Source: Macrostomum hystrix
Lineage: Eukaryota > Animalia > Platyhelminthes
Assembly: GCA_950097015.1 (NCBI GenBank)
Contig: CATNEN010000001.1
Location: 10,106,001 to 10,170,000 of the forward strand
Length of the DNA stretch: 64,000 bases
Direction: 5' to 3'
The position numbers and the translations under genes were made by a program. The notes under the pieces were generated by a model. That model was given only the letters and a program-made list of their open reading frames with translations. It was not told where the DNA came from and searched no databases. Positions 46,483-57,710 of this stretch are shown in pieces. Position 1 is the first letter of the stretch. Each line of letters begins with the position of its first letter.

Positions 46483-46659
46483 AAAGTGAGAACATATTGC
46501 CAAAGTTGAGTGCGATTGATTTTTGTAATGCCTGAAATGACATCACAAGTAGTGCTTGACGGTGAAGATGGTGAATATACACCACTATTGGCCCGCGAAG
46601 ACGTCAAGTGAAACCCTGTTGCAGTGACATTGAAGTACTTTTCAGGGGTTCCGAAATTT

Positions 46660-48790
46660 CATACAAGCCATACAAGTCCATACGAGTCCATACGAGTCCA
46701 TACAAGCAGTCCATTGAGTCCATACAAGCAGTCCATTGAGTCCATACAAGCAGTCCATTGAGTCGATACAAGCAGTCCATTGAGTCCATACAAGCAGTCC
46801 AGTAAGTCCATACAAGCAGTCCATTGAGTCCATACAAGCAGTCTATTGAGTCCATACAAGCAGTCCATTGAGTCCATGCAAGCAGTCCATTGAGTCCATA
46901 CAAGCAGTCCATTGAGTCCATACAAGCAGTCCATTGAGTCGATATAAGCAGTCCATTGAGTCCATACAAGCAATCCATTGAGTCCATACAAGCAGTCTAT
47001 TGAGTCCATACAAGCAGTCCATTGAGTCCATGCAAGCAGTCCATTGAGTCCATACAAGCAGTCCATTGAGTCCATACAAGCAGTCCATTGAGTCGATATA
47101 AGCAGTCCATTGAGTCCATACAAGCAATCCATTGAGTCCATACAAGCAGTCCATTGAGTCGATACAAGCAGTCCATTGAGTCCATGCAAGCAGTCTATTG
47201 AGTCCATACAAGCAGTCCATTGAGTCCATGCAAGCAATCCATTGAGTCCATACAAGCAGTCATTGAGTCCATACAAGTCCATCACGCCTACCCTGAAGCT
47301 AAAAGGTGGTCAAAAAAATTCCCCAGAAAACTGGCTATTTCCGAACCTTCACCAGCCCACAGAGACCCGAAAACCTGTTTCAATAAAATTCTAATGCCTT
47401 GTCTGAGATTTTGAGAGAGAAAAGTTCGGTTTTCATTGGTTTTTAAATAGTGCTTTTGGCAGTGGGGTTCAGAATATATTTATAAGGGGCTCCTTTATTT
47501 GGTTAAAATTTCAGCACAGACAAAAGCCTTTATTGCAGGGTAAAAACGCATAAAATTAACTTCTGAAGTCTTGAAATGGCACCAAAAGTAATTTGCTATG
47601 ATATAATTTTATGCTATTATTACCTAAATGGTATTAAGTATCTGTGATTACGAGTATTACAACAATAAAAAACTTGCACTCAGACAAGTTCACAGTGGCA
47701 TAAGTAGGAGATATGGAATATTATCCATAATTTGTTTAAAAATTGCATAAATTCATAGAAAATGAAATATTTTTGCTTCTTTGTGCACAGCTGGCATATC
47801 CTTCAAATGGGGTCATCCCCATAGACCAAACTCCTAGGTACGCAACTGCAAGTTAAAGACAGCAGCCCGACAAAGAAAGCAGAAGTCTCTTATAACTTGT
47901 GATGGGGCGTGACAATCGACAGTTTATTTGGCCCCATTTTTTGAGACACCCGTTACATGATACGAATTGCAATTGACAACTGCATGCAGTAGGCAGTCTG
48001 CATACTGGGGATGACCCAGAGGTCTCTGGAAGCGGCTTATAATATGGTACTATGGTAAATGGTATGTTGAATGTATGGTAAATGGTATTAAGTATCTGTG
48101 GCAATAATAGCATAAAATTAATATCATAGCAAGCTACTTTTGCTACCATTTCAAGACTTCAGAAGTTACTTTTATGCGCTTTTACCCTGCAATAAAGGCT
48201 TTTGTCTGTGCTGAAATTTTAACCTAATAAAGGAGCCCCTTATAAATATATTCTGAACCCAACTGCCAAAAGCACTATTTAAAAAGCAATGAAAACCGAA
48301 CTTTTCTCTCTCAAAATCTCAGACAAGGCATTAGAATTTTATTGAAACAGGTTTTCGGGTCTCTGTGGGCTGGTGAAGGTTCGGAAATAGCCAGTTTTCT
48401 GGGGAATTTTTTTTGACCACTTTTTAGCTTCGGGGTAGGCGTGCCATACAAGCAGTCCATTGAGTCCATACAAGCAGTTCATTGAATCCATACAAGCAGT
48501 CCATTGAGTCCATACAAGCAGTTCATTGAATCCATACAAGCAGTCCATTGAGTCCATACAAGCAGTCCATTGAGTCCATACAAGCAGTCCATTGAGTCCA
48601 TACAAGCAGTCCATTGAGTCCATACAAGCAGTTCATTGAGTCCATACTAGCAGTCCATTGAGTCCATACAAGCAGTCCATTGAGTCCATACAAGTCCATA
48701 CAAGCAGTCCTTTGAGTCTATACAAGCAGTCCATTGAGTCCATACAAGCCATACAAGTACATACAAGTCCATATACAAACAGTCCAGTGA
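46660..48790. repeat. 22-bp satellite CATACAAGCAGTCCATTGAGTC, interrupted by a MITE; short version at 55535-55715
   Basis: Directly visible. Confidence 0.95.
47283..48443. mobile_element. Non-autonomous TIR element, CAC termini, 4-bp TSD (Chapaev-like)
   Basis: CACGCCTACCC.../...GGGTAGGCGTG; ~365-bp inverted arms; CCAT on both sides. Confidence 0.85.
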
Positions 48791-49580
48791 GTCCATTAAG
48801 GCCTGTGAGAGATCAATTACTGATAGTAGAAATAGAAGAATTTAACTTGTGAAGTCTCTCATGTACCCCAAATAGTGAACACCAACAGTGTTCAACCACA
48901 TGTAGATCATGGAAATCACTGGGATCATGGAAATCAGTACCACAAAATTAGAGGCACCTTGAGTCCCATATGAGCATTTTGGACTGCTGACAAAACTGAA
49001 ATGGCTTTAATGTCACTGCTTAGCCAGGCTGGCTGCATGGAGTTAATGGGCCGGAGTAGAGCTGGTTGAAACGGACTTTTTGCTGCTTTTTTATGTCCTG
49101 CACGTTTCTTCCACTCGGTTATATTCGATGGTATGCAGCCAGGGGGTTTGAAAGCAGCAGTTGCAAACCTGTTAGTCTTGTGATGTTTTGAGTACATTGT
49201 TGTGTTGCAAATGGAGCGACTGACTTTTTACATGCCCAAGTACATGTCTCTGACCGACACAAAGCAGAGCAGATGGTGCCAATAGGCAGCAGGATTGACA
49301 CCAATAATTCTGATGAATTGTGCAAGACTGCTGACCTGTTGGCCAGAGGTTTCTGCTGAAGCATCGAGTGACAATTTGTCCAAATTTGAGTCTGTAAATC
49401 ATAATTCCCCACCTAATTTGCTTTTATATAGAAAATTTGAGTGTGTTTGCAATGTCTTCTATTTGCACTTATACACCTTGTATACTCATAATTGTTTACC
49501 TAATGAATATTGTCCTAAGTAGCTAAGCAAGGCAATGAGTGGAAGGACTGACACCAAGCATTTCATTTGCATCTACTTGC

Positions 49581-51922
49581 TGGAATAGCTGCGGGTTTGC
49601 AATCCGATGATCTGTCCTCGTGAAGGAAAGGAGTGTGGGGATGGCGATAGAGTCGGAAGTCGTACCGCAAAGTCTCGCGAGTTGCCGCGGAAATAGGGAT
49701 GAAGGGAGAGATGAAGGGAGAGACAGTGGATGCAGGGAGTGGTCCTCTCGGCCTCAGGCTGGCCAGTCCCACTCAACCCATAGGCCACAGGCATGACTGC
49801 CGTGCCTACCCCAAGCAGTGCTCGAAACCGGCTAAAAGTCTAATCAGATGTCGGACTACCCGCAGACGGATAGGACAGGGCTATGCAGCCTACTGTCATC
49901 AGTAGCATGTTCGTAACTGACTCCTAAACTCGGTAGCAGTGGTCGACTCGGCCTAGGCTCTTGTCTTAGAAATGCGGAAAGGCTATCGGCAAAGCGGAAA
50001 AATGATCTAGGGTAGCGCCACCACCCAATGCGCCTACGTTGCCACCGCAGACATTTGGGAACTTGGGTCCCCGGAGCTCGCAGCTCCTAGTTTGTCACGC
50101 AGATCTTAGACAAGCCGAAAAATAGAGCCTTCTGTAACTTCCGTTTTAGACTAGGGTGAAGACCCCAGAATGGATCGAGACACGCCTCACCAGGGGATTC
50201 CTGAATTTGCGCTACAGTGGTCTAGAAAGGTGGTACTCCGAACCCGAAAGAGAAACCCATAGCCAGAGTCCTACTCATGAAACATCGGACACATTCTGTA
50301 CATTAGACTGCAGCCTACACATTAGATAACTAGCAATCCGAGTCTGTGTGAGTTGAGGAAAACAGAGGCAGGAGAGATTAAGCTGAACACTGGCTGAGTG
50401 ATTATGCAAGCGTGAGATTAATTGAACATCACTCTCGTTCCCGTGGCCGCAGGTGCGAAAGGGGGACAGCGGGAAAACTCCATTGGAAAGGGAGCTCGAC
50501 ACGTACCTTGAACCCACCCAAGAGGGAGAAGGAAAACCGGCCAAGGATTCCCCCAACCCCCTGGAAAGGAAAATGTACATGCTACCCTCCGCATTTACTT
50601 ACAAATCCCTAGCTCCATATTACTCTCATGCGCGCTTACAATTGCCTTCCTGCCGCAGCTTTCAGCTCGGCCGTGCCAGAGCCCATTCCCCTAATAGATT
50701 AGCCACTCATGGTAGAGGGCTGTCTAATGAGAAAATAAAGGTGGAAAGGAGACATAGTAAAAATTAGGTTGATGTTAAAAATTAGCCCAATAAGTTAAAG
50801 GTGCTTTAGATTAAGTGGTTTTATTAGGCTGAAACAATTCCTAACTCCCCTCCCACTAAATGCCGCCTAACTAATGGAAAGCCCCTTAGGAGCAATAATT
50901 GCAAACCGCTGCGCGGATTACTTATCTGGACGCTTCGGCCGCGTGCTGCAATCCCGTTGATCTCGGGGAAGGGGATGGGGTAAAATAGCAAAAGCCGGGA
51001 AGGGAAAGATGCTGCGAGTCGGCAAGGGGGCCAACACGCTTGGAGCTCAAGGCTCAATTTAGCAGCTCACCTAAAGAGGTGGCTCGCGCTCAGGGGGAAT
51101 GGGAACAGGCAATGGGCCTGCGCTAACTGTGGAGCTATGAGCTCTAGGGTCTATGCCCTAACTGGGTCTGGGGGATAAGTCCTGGGTCCGGTGGGAGTCC
51201 GGCCCGGCTTAGGTAAGTCCGGCAGGGGAGAAGGGGAAGAGCCGGCGGGAGAAAAAGGTCCTCCGGAAGGAAAAAGGGGTCCTCGAGGGAGCAGCGCCGC
51301 GCGCTTGCTTAAATAGGCCTTGCAGCACGCCAACCCCGACATCCATCAAAGCAACCCACATTCGCGCCAGCCTGTCATCGAGGAATTGAAGCGGCGGTTG
51401 CCGCCCCAATTGCCCAATGAACCGGCGGCGGGAAACGACAGATGTTCTGCGCGAACAGCCGTCGGCAGTCAGCCAGCGATTGTTACTCCGCCGGGACAAT
51501 GGAAGCGCAGGCGCCGACCTGCCTACAGTGATATTTACATGTATCTAAAGGAAGGAGGTCATAAAAGTCGAGCTGGGCTCGAATACTGTAAAGAAGTGAG
51601 GACATGAAGAATTTTACGATCACTCATAACGCGTGAGTGAGCCCCTATATCTGATCGCGGTTTGGAGGGGAATCATGACCTAAACTAGTTCATACAGTAA
51701 CATTATGGCCGCGATCAGTCATTCCTACGGGGAGTCTAGACAACTCCGGAGAGAGAGGATTCGGCAGCTACTTGATTCACCGCCGCCTCAAACCCGGCCC
51801 TAAGATTAATGATCTTGTTTTGTGACCAGCTGCTATGTGGGTCGCAATTATTAGTTACTTAAAAATTGAAAAATTATGCTGGCTCACACTCCCACTCGAT
51901 TCCCGCAGCACACTCCACATCA
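49581..51922 (-). mobile_element. Solo LTR (2342 bp), copy 3
   Basis: TG...CA; 4-bp TSD TTGC (49577-49580, 51923-51926); empty site present at ~56499-56502. Confidence 0.95.
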
Positions 51923-52668
51923 TTGCATCTATTTGCATTTGCATGAACTTTTGGGTCCTTGCACAATATTATAAAACATATTCATCTGTAACTTTGTTTT
52001 ACTGTAAATCTTATGATATACATTGTTATATACAAATAAATGTGTATAAATAACAAAGACATTACATTTCATGAAATTAACTTTCATAGACTGCTTTTCA
52101 AGGGCTCTATTTTTGTCCCCTAGAGGGGGTCTAATATTAATCATTCTAGCCATTACCTTTGAATCTTAAATCTTTAAGTGACAAATGAATGAAATGTGTT
52201 ACTTTGTCTATATAAGTAGCAATTAGCAATTCAGGTTAGGATTCCAGCAGATTGTAATGGACTTAGCTACAGGGGGCTCATGATAGAGCATAGTAGGAAG
52301 GTGAGCAATAGAATAAGGAAAAGGAAAATAAATTTTAATTAATAACCTAACCTTGACATAAGATATGCCAAGTAGGTAAAATTTAGGGTATATGATCAGA
52401 AACTTATATTCAGTCCTGTTTATTCAGAAATCATAATTCCTGAGTTTTAACTGGGAAACGAAAACTCAGTCCTGTTTCACTCTTCGTTGGTGGAGATCAA
52501 CCCCTGGAACAAATTGCCGAAACCGGCTTTCTCATGTATTATCCGGCTTTCCCTTGTAGTTAGCACACTATATCGAGGTAAGTGAATCAAGTCAAGTCGA
52601 GTGAATTCAGTCTGGAATGAAGTTTATTTTTTGAAGTCAGTTTTTTGAAGTTTATGAAGTCAGGAATT

Positions 52669-52743
52669 TTAGTTAATTAAAAAAATTAAACGGCTGCATC
52701 TGCGTCTGCGTCTGCGGCTGCATCTGCGTCTGCGTCTGCGGCG

Positions 52744-52775
<32 letters not shown>

Positions 52776-53238
52776 TGCCCTGCGGCGGTTGCTGCTGCTG
52801 ATGCGGCTGCGTCTGCATCTGCGGCTGGTGGTGCTGCTGCAGCTGCGTCTGCATCTGCGGCTGATGCTGCTGCTGTTGGTGCTGCTGCTGCTGCTCCTGC
52901 TGTTGCTGCTGCAGCCGGTCGGCAGCGAAGCGGCGGAGCGCCTGGCAGGTGGCGACGCGGTGGGCGCCGCCGCAGTAGTAGCATTGGACTGTGGTTGCAT
53001 AGGAAAGGCGGATTACAGTTACGTATTGAGAGAGCTTGTAAGTTGATGAGGATACACGTATGGCGAAGTAGAAGTATACGAAAGCAACGGGTTGACTTAT
53101 TTGCAGGAAGTACCGAAGGAAAGCAACTGGTTACTCACTGTTTCGATGGCTACCGCCGCCGCCGCCGCCGCCGCGACGTCCGCGGCCTCGCCTGCTGCCG
53201 CGCCGGCTGCCGCCAAATACGTACGTGAAGTTTTGCAT
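52669..53238 (-). CDS. Two-exon 139-aa protein: Arg/Gly (RGG) tract, CX2CX3HX4C zinc knuckle, polyQ, Arg-rich tail
   Basis: Exons 53238-53139 (GTGAGT donor) and 52988-52669 (cacAG acceptor) join in frame: MQNFTYVFGGSRRGSRRGRGRRGGGGGGGSHRN-IQCYYCGGAHRVATCQALRR..QQQ..RRRR. TATAAAT ~35 nt upstream of the ATG. Confidence 0.65.
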
Positions 53239-53269
53239 TTTTAGGAATTTTGTCTGCGCATGATGAGCG

Positions 53270-53700
53270 CGATTTATAGGCGGCGGAAAAATAAATGGCG
53301 AGTCTGTTTTGGTGGTTGTCGCTGATGAGTTGCGAAGCATTTGAAGGCTTAGAGAGCTCGGTGGCTTTGTGAGTAGGCACTGAGGCAGGCAGTCCGCTAA
53401 TTTTCGTGTTATGAAAGTTGTACTTGGCTGAGTGTAGTCCGTTTAGCCAGTAGGAGGGGAGGGCATGAAGCCTTAACTGAGGTTGGTGTGTGGAAGGGGG
53501 CGTGTGGGGCAGCTTATTGTGTGAACCAGTTGTGAAAATGAGGCCGTCGCCAAATAAGGTGCGAAAGAATTTGCGCTTTGGAGGAAAGTTGAGGAGGGGA
53601 GAGGCGAGATAGAACCGTGGCGTGAAAGTTGCGACTTATTTTTCAATTTGTTGGGCGCTCTGATTGGTTGCAGGGCTCTGATTGGTTGGAGTGCTTTGAA
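53270..53700. promoter_or_regulatory. Putative bidirectional promoter
   Basis: TATA on the minus strand at ~53273-53278; tandem CTCTGATTGGTTG (CCAAT boxes) at 53657-53688; lies between divergent genes. Confidence 0.45.
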
Positions 53701-53890
53701 AGTTGACTAAGCAAGGTGGCTGAGTGATAGTCAAACTGACCTGATTATTTTATTAGTGCAGACGCAGCCATTTTCTACTGTGCCCTGTTGAAAACAAAAT
53801 TCGATTGATTTTGGAGAATAGCTAAGCAAACTTTAGCCACATTTTCTTTTACATTTTTTGATTTGCTAGAAAGCATACTTTTGTCGTCAA

Positions 53891-55400
53891 ATGGCTTCCG
53901 TGACCTCGACACCAAGCAAGCAGTTCAAGTTTGGAATTTCTGCTCTGGAAGTTGGACCTATGACATCGGCCGTCACCGGAGTTGTAAATATGCTGTCGGC
54001 GGTGAAGTCCTTTACGAACAAAAAAGGTCCAGGTCAAGTGTTCCATTTCGTTTGGGTCGACGACTCGGCTGAGATTCGAGTGAGCGTCTTTGGGAAGGAC
54101 GTGGTGGAAGTTTGGAATGTTTGCCATTCTGAAGCTGTCCGAATTTCTGGTGGAATTCTGAAGCCGGCCGATCCGAAGTGGAATGTGGCCAACAACCCTC
54201 TGGAGATGTCGGTTTATGTCGATTCCTGTGGATCGATATACGAGAGTAGCGACGTGCCTCTTGTGCCAAAAATGCAATTCAAGTTTACGGAGTTGAGAGA
54301 TCTTCCGAGCATTGGATTGCAGGCGTAAGTTGATTTCTTTGTGATGTGATTTCACTATTGATGACTACTTGCAGAAGGAGGAAAGGAGTTTTTAATTTTC
54401 GACGTCAATTTACAGTGCCAAAATATTCGAATCGAATTTGGATTTTTAATTTTAGTTATGGGAAAAAAATTGAATGTCTCGATTCTAATTTCAATTTGTA
54501 AGTGAGTTTAAGCCATCTCTGGATGACATGTCAATGTTCAGAAATGCTTAGCGCATCCATCCATTCGTTTTATACAGACTGGTCGACGTTCGAGGCGCAA
54601 TTCATGCACGTCGAGCATCCGAAGAAGTGCTGACGCAGGCCGGGAAGAAGGTCAACGTTGCGAAAGTGACTGGTGGACCGGACTGGCTACTTCGTTGTAT
54701 GCACTTTCTGGGCTTAATCGGCGGCTCAGGTTGACGAATGGAGTGTTGGCGATAGTCTGTGCATAGGGAAAGTAAAAGTGCAAGAGTACGCTGGCTCAAT
54801 CACGTTGGGCTGTTCGTCTTCCGAGGTGCTGCGCAACACTGAAGACGTGGACACGCAAGTGTTACGAGCCTGGCATCAGACGCCAGAGGCTTCTTGTACG
54901 CAATTCCGAAACGTGCCTGCTCCGGTGCCTACTGCTGCTCAGCTGCAGCAGAGTACTAGCTGGACAACCGAGAGTGGTGCCACAAACCGAACAGTCCTTC
55001 AGCTGCCACCTGAATTGTACGACTTCTACTTGAGGAACTCGAAGGAAGTGATAATGGACTTTAGTAGCGGTAGAAAGGTGACTTAGGTTGTGCTGTGAAC
55101 TATTTTATTCGGTAGTTAGTAGCGCGGTATTAAAGGACAGTTATTATTATTATCACACGTGGGCAAGTTAAATTGAGCTAATTTTACTTGAACTTTTCTC
55201 AAATTACGTTTCTGCCCCAGATTCACTTCACGCGAGTTCCATGTGACAGCGAAGTTCGTAGCCGAGCTGAGCCGAGTCAAGGCGAGTCGATGTTACCCGA
55301 TGAGTCAAGCCAGATGTCGTGCGAAAGTTATCCTACTTACAGCACTCCGACGACGAAGTGAGAACATATTGCCAAAGTTGAGTGCGATTGATTTTTGTAA
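53891..55400 (+). pseudogene. RPA70 (RPA1)-like OB-fold ssDNA-binding gene, degraded after exon 1
   Basis: Exon 1: KSFTNKKGPGQVFHFVWVDDSAEIRVSVF..ISGGILKPADPKWN (DBD-A-like). Exon 2: VDV..VCTFW..KVKVQEYAG..LRAW (DBD-B-like) with a frameshift and stop. Remnant CRAKV..YCQS* (DBD-C-like). Confidence 0.75.
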
Positions 55401-56987
55401 TGCCTGAAATGACGTAGTGCTGAAGTAGTGCTTGACGGTGAAGATGGTGAATATACACCACTATTGGCCTGCGAAGACGTCAAGTGAAACCCTGTTGCAG
55501 TGACATTGAAGTACTTTTCAGGGGCTCCGAAATTTCATACAAGCCATACAAGTCCATACGAGTCCATACGAGTCCATACAAGCAGTCCATTGAGTCCATA
55601 CAAGCAGTCCATTGAGTCCATACAAGTCCATACAAGCAGTCCATTGAGTCAAACAAGCAGTCCATTGAGTCCATACAAGCAGTCCAGTGAGTCCATACAA
55701 ACAGTCCAGTGAGTCCATTAAGGCCTGTGAGAGATCAATTACTGATAGTAGAAATAGAAGAATTTAACTTGTGAAGTCTCTCATGTACCCCAAATAGTGA
55801 ACACCAACAGTGTTCAACCACATGTAAATCATGGAAATCACTGATATCATGGAAATCAGTGCCACAAAATTAGAGGCACCTTGAGTCCCATATGAGCATT
55901 TTTGACTGCTGACAAAACTGAAATGGCTTTAATGTCACTGCTTAGCCAGGCTGGCTGCATGGAGTTAATGGGCCGGAGTAGAGCTGGTTGAAACGGACAT
56001 TTTGCTGCTTTTTTATGTCCTGCACGTTTCTTCCACTCGGTTATATTCGATGGTATGCAGCCAGGGGGTTTGAAAGCAGCAGTTGCAAACCTGTTAGTCT
56101 TGTGATGTTTTGAGTACATTGTTGTGTTGCAAATGGAGCGACTGACTTTTTACATGCCCAAGTACATGTCTCTGACCGACACAAAGCAGAGCAGATGGTG
56201 CCAATAGGCAGCAGGATTGACACCAATAATTCTGATGAATTGTGCAAGACTGCTGACCTGTTGGCCAGAGGTTTCTGCTGAAGCATCGAGTGACAATTTG
56301 TCCAAATTTGAGTCTGTAAATCATAATTCCCCACCTAATTTGCTTTTATATAGAAAATTTGAGTGTGTTTGCAATGTCTTCTATTTGCACTTATACACCT
56401 TGTATACTCATAATTGTTTACCTAATGAATATTGTCCTAAGTAGCTAAGCAAGGCAATGAGTGGAAGGACTGACACCAAGCATTTCATTTGCATCTACTT
56501 GCATCTATTTGCATTTGCATGAACTTTTGGGTCCTTGCACAATATTATAAAACATATTCATCTGTAACTTTGTTTTACTGTAAATCTTATGATATACATT
56601 GTTATATACAAATAAATGTGTATAAATAACAAAGACATTACATTTCATGAAATTAACTTTCATAGACTGCTTTTCAAGGGCTCTATTTTTGTCCCCTAGA
56701 GGGGGTCTAATATTAATCATTCTAGCCATTACCTTTGAATCTTAAATCTTTAAGTGACAAATGAATGAAATGTGTTACTTTGTCTATATAAGTAGCAATT
56801 AGCAATTCAGGTTAGGATTCCAGCAGATTGTAATGGACTTAGCTACAGGGGGCTCATGATAGAGCATAGTAGGAAGGTGAGCAATAGAATAAGGAAAAGG
56901 AAAATAAATTTTAATTAATAACCTAACCTTGACATAAGATATGCCAAGTAGGTAAAATTTAGGGTATATGATCAGAAACTTATATTC
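55356..56987 (+). repeat. Uninterrupted copy of the duplicated segment
   Basis: See 46484-52410. Confidence 0.92.
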
Positions 56988-57710
56988 TCTAGGAGTTGCA
57001 ATACAATATTTTCTTTAACAAATTAAACAGGAAAGGTGTCTTTTACCTACCAATTGCTATTTTTATATATCATAGCTATATATAGCCAGTGTTAGCTTTA
57101 TTAAAAGCGTCAAACCAAAGGTCGAGGGATGTAGCTCCAGTTGCTTTTGCAAAGTCCATTCACAATGAGATAGCTGCATTGAACTGACTCTTTAAGTCAT
57201 TTATTATAATAAGAGGGGCCTCATTCAAGGGCAATAATTACAATGCTGAGCTACTTATTGTTCGGAACATTGCAGTTGCAGTTAGTACGATGAGCAGGGC
57301 TAAGAAATTCACTTACTAATGAAGAAAGTCAAAATTTTATCTGGATATGTATAAAACTGTAGTACACATGAGCAATACAAGCAACAAGAAAATCGGAATA
57401 GAGCAAGTCATTTCTCGGATAGTCGGAATTTCTTGGAATAAAAGTTAATGTCATTTTCAGTAATAACTAAAAAAAGTGCTCTGAACAATTTTATGTATGA
57501 AATTAGTAAGATCATTTTTATCAAACACGTTTACATATAAAAGGCTCTAAACTAAGAAACCGTAAAAAGGTTGAGTTTTGTTTTACCTAAAATGCGTTAT
57601 TAACGATCTCCAAAAAATTCCAATTTGAAATAGAGAACATTATCGTAGTATTTTCACTTTTTTGAGTACTATAAATATTTCTGCTCCCCGAAGGGGGGCA
57701 AAACTTGCTA

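Larger units (their letters stand above)
46484..52410 (+). repeat. Direct duplicate of 55356-56987, inflated by satellite growth, a MITE and a solo LTR
   Basis: Near-identical blocks: 46484-46700/55356-55580, 48780-49580/55700-56502, 51923-52410/56499-56987. Confidence 0.92.

Noticed and set aside
46105-48790. 22-bp arrays as CRISPR, or as MDSMDCLYG... proteins
   Set aside because: No unique spacers or cas genes, and a eukaryotic context; the ORFs are artefacts of a stop-free satellite.
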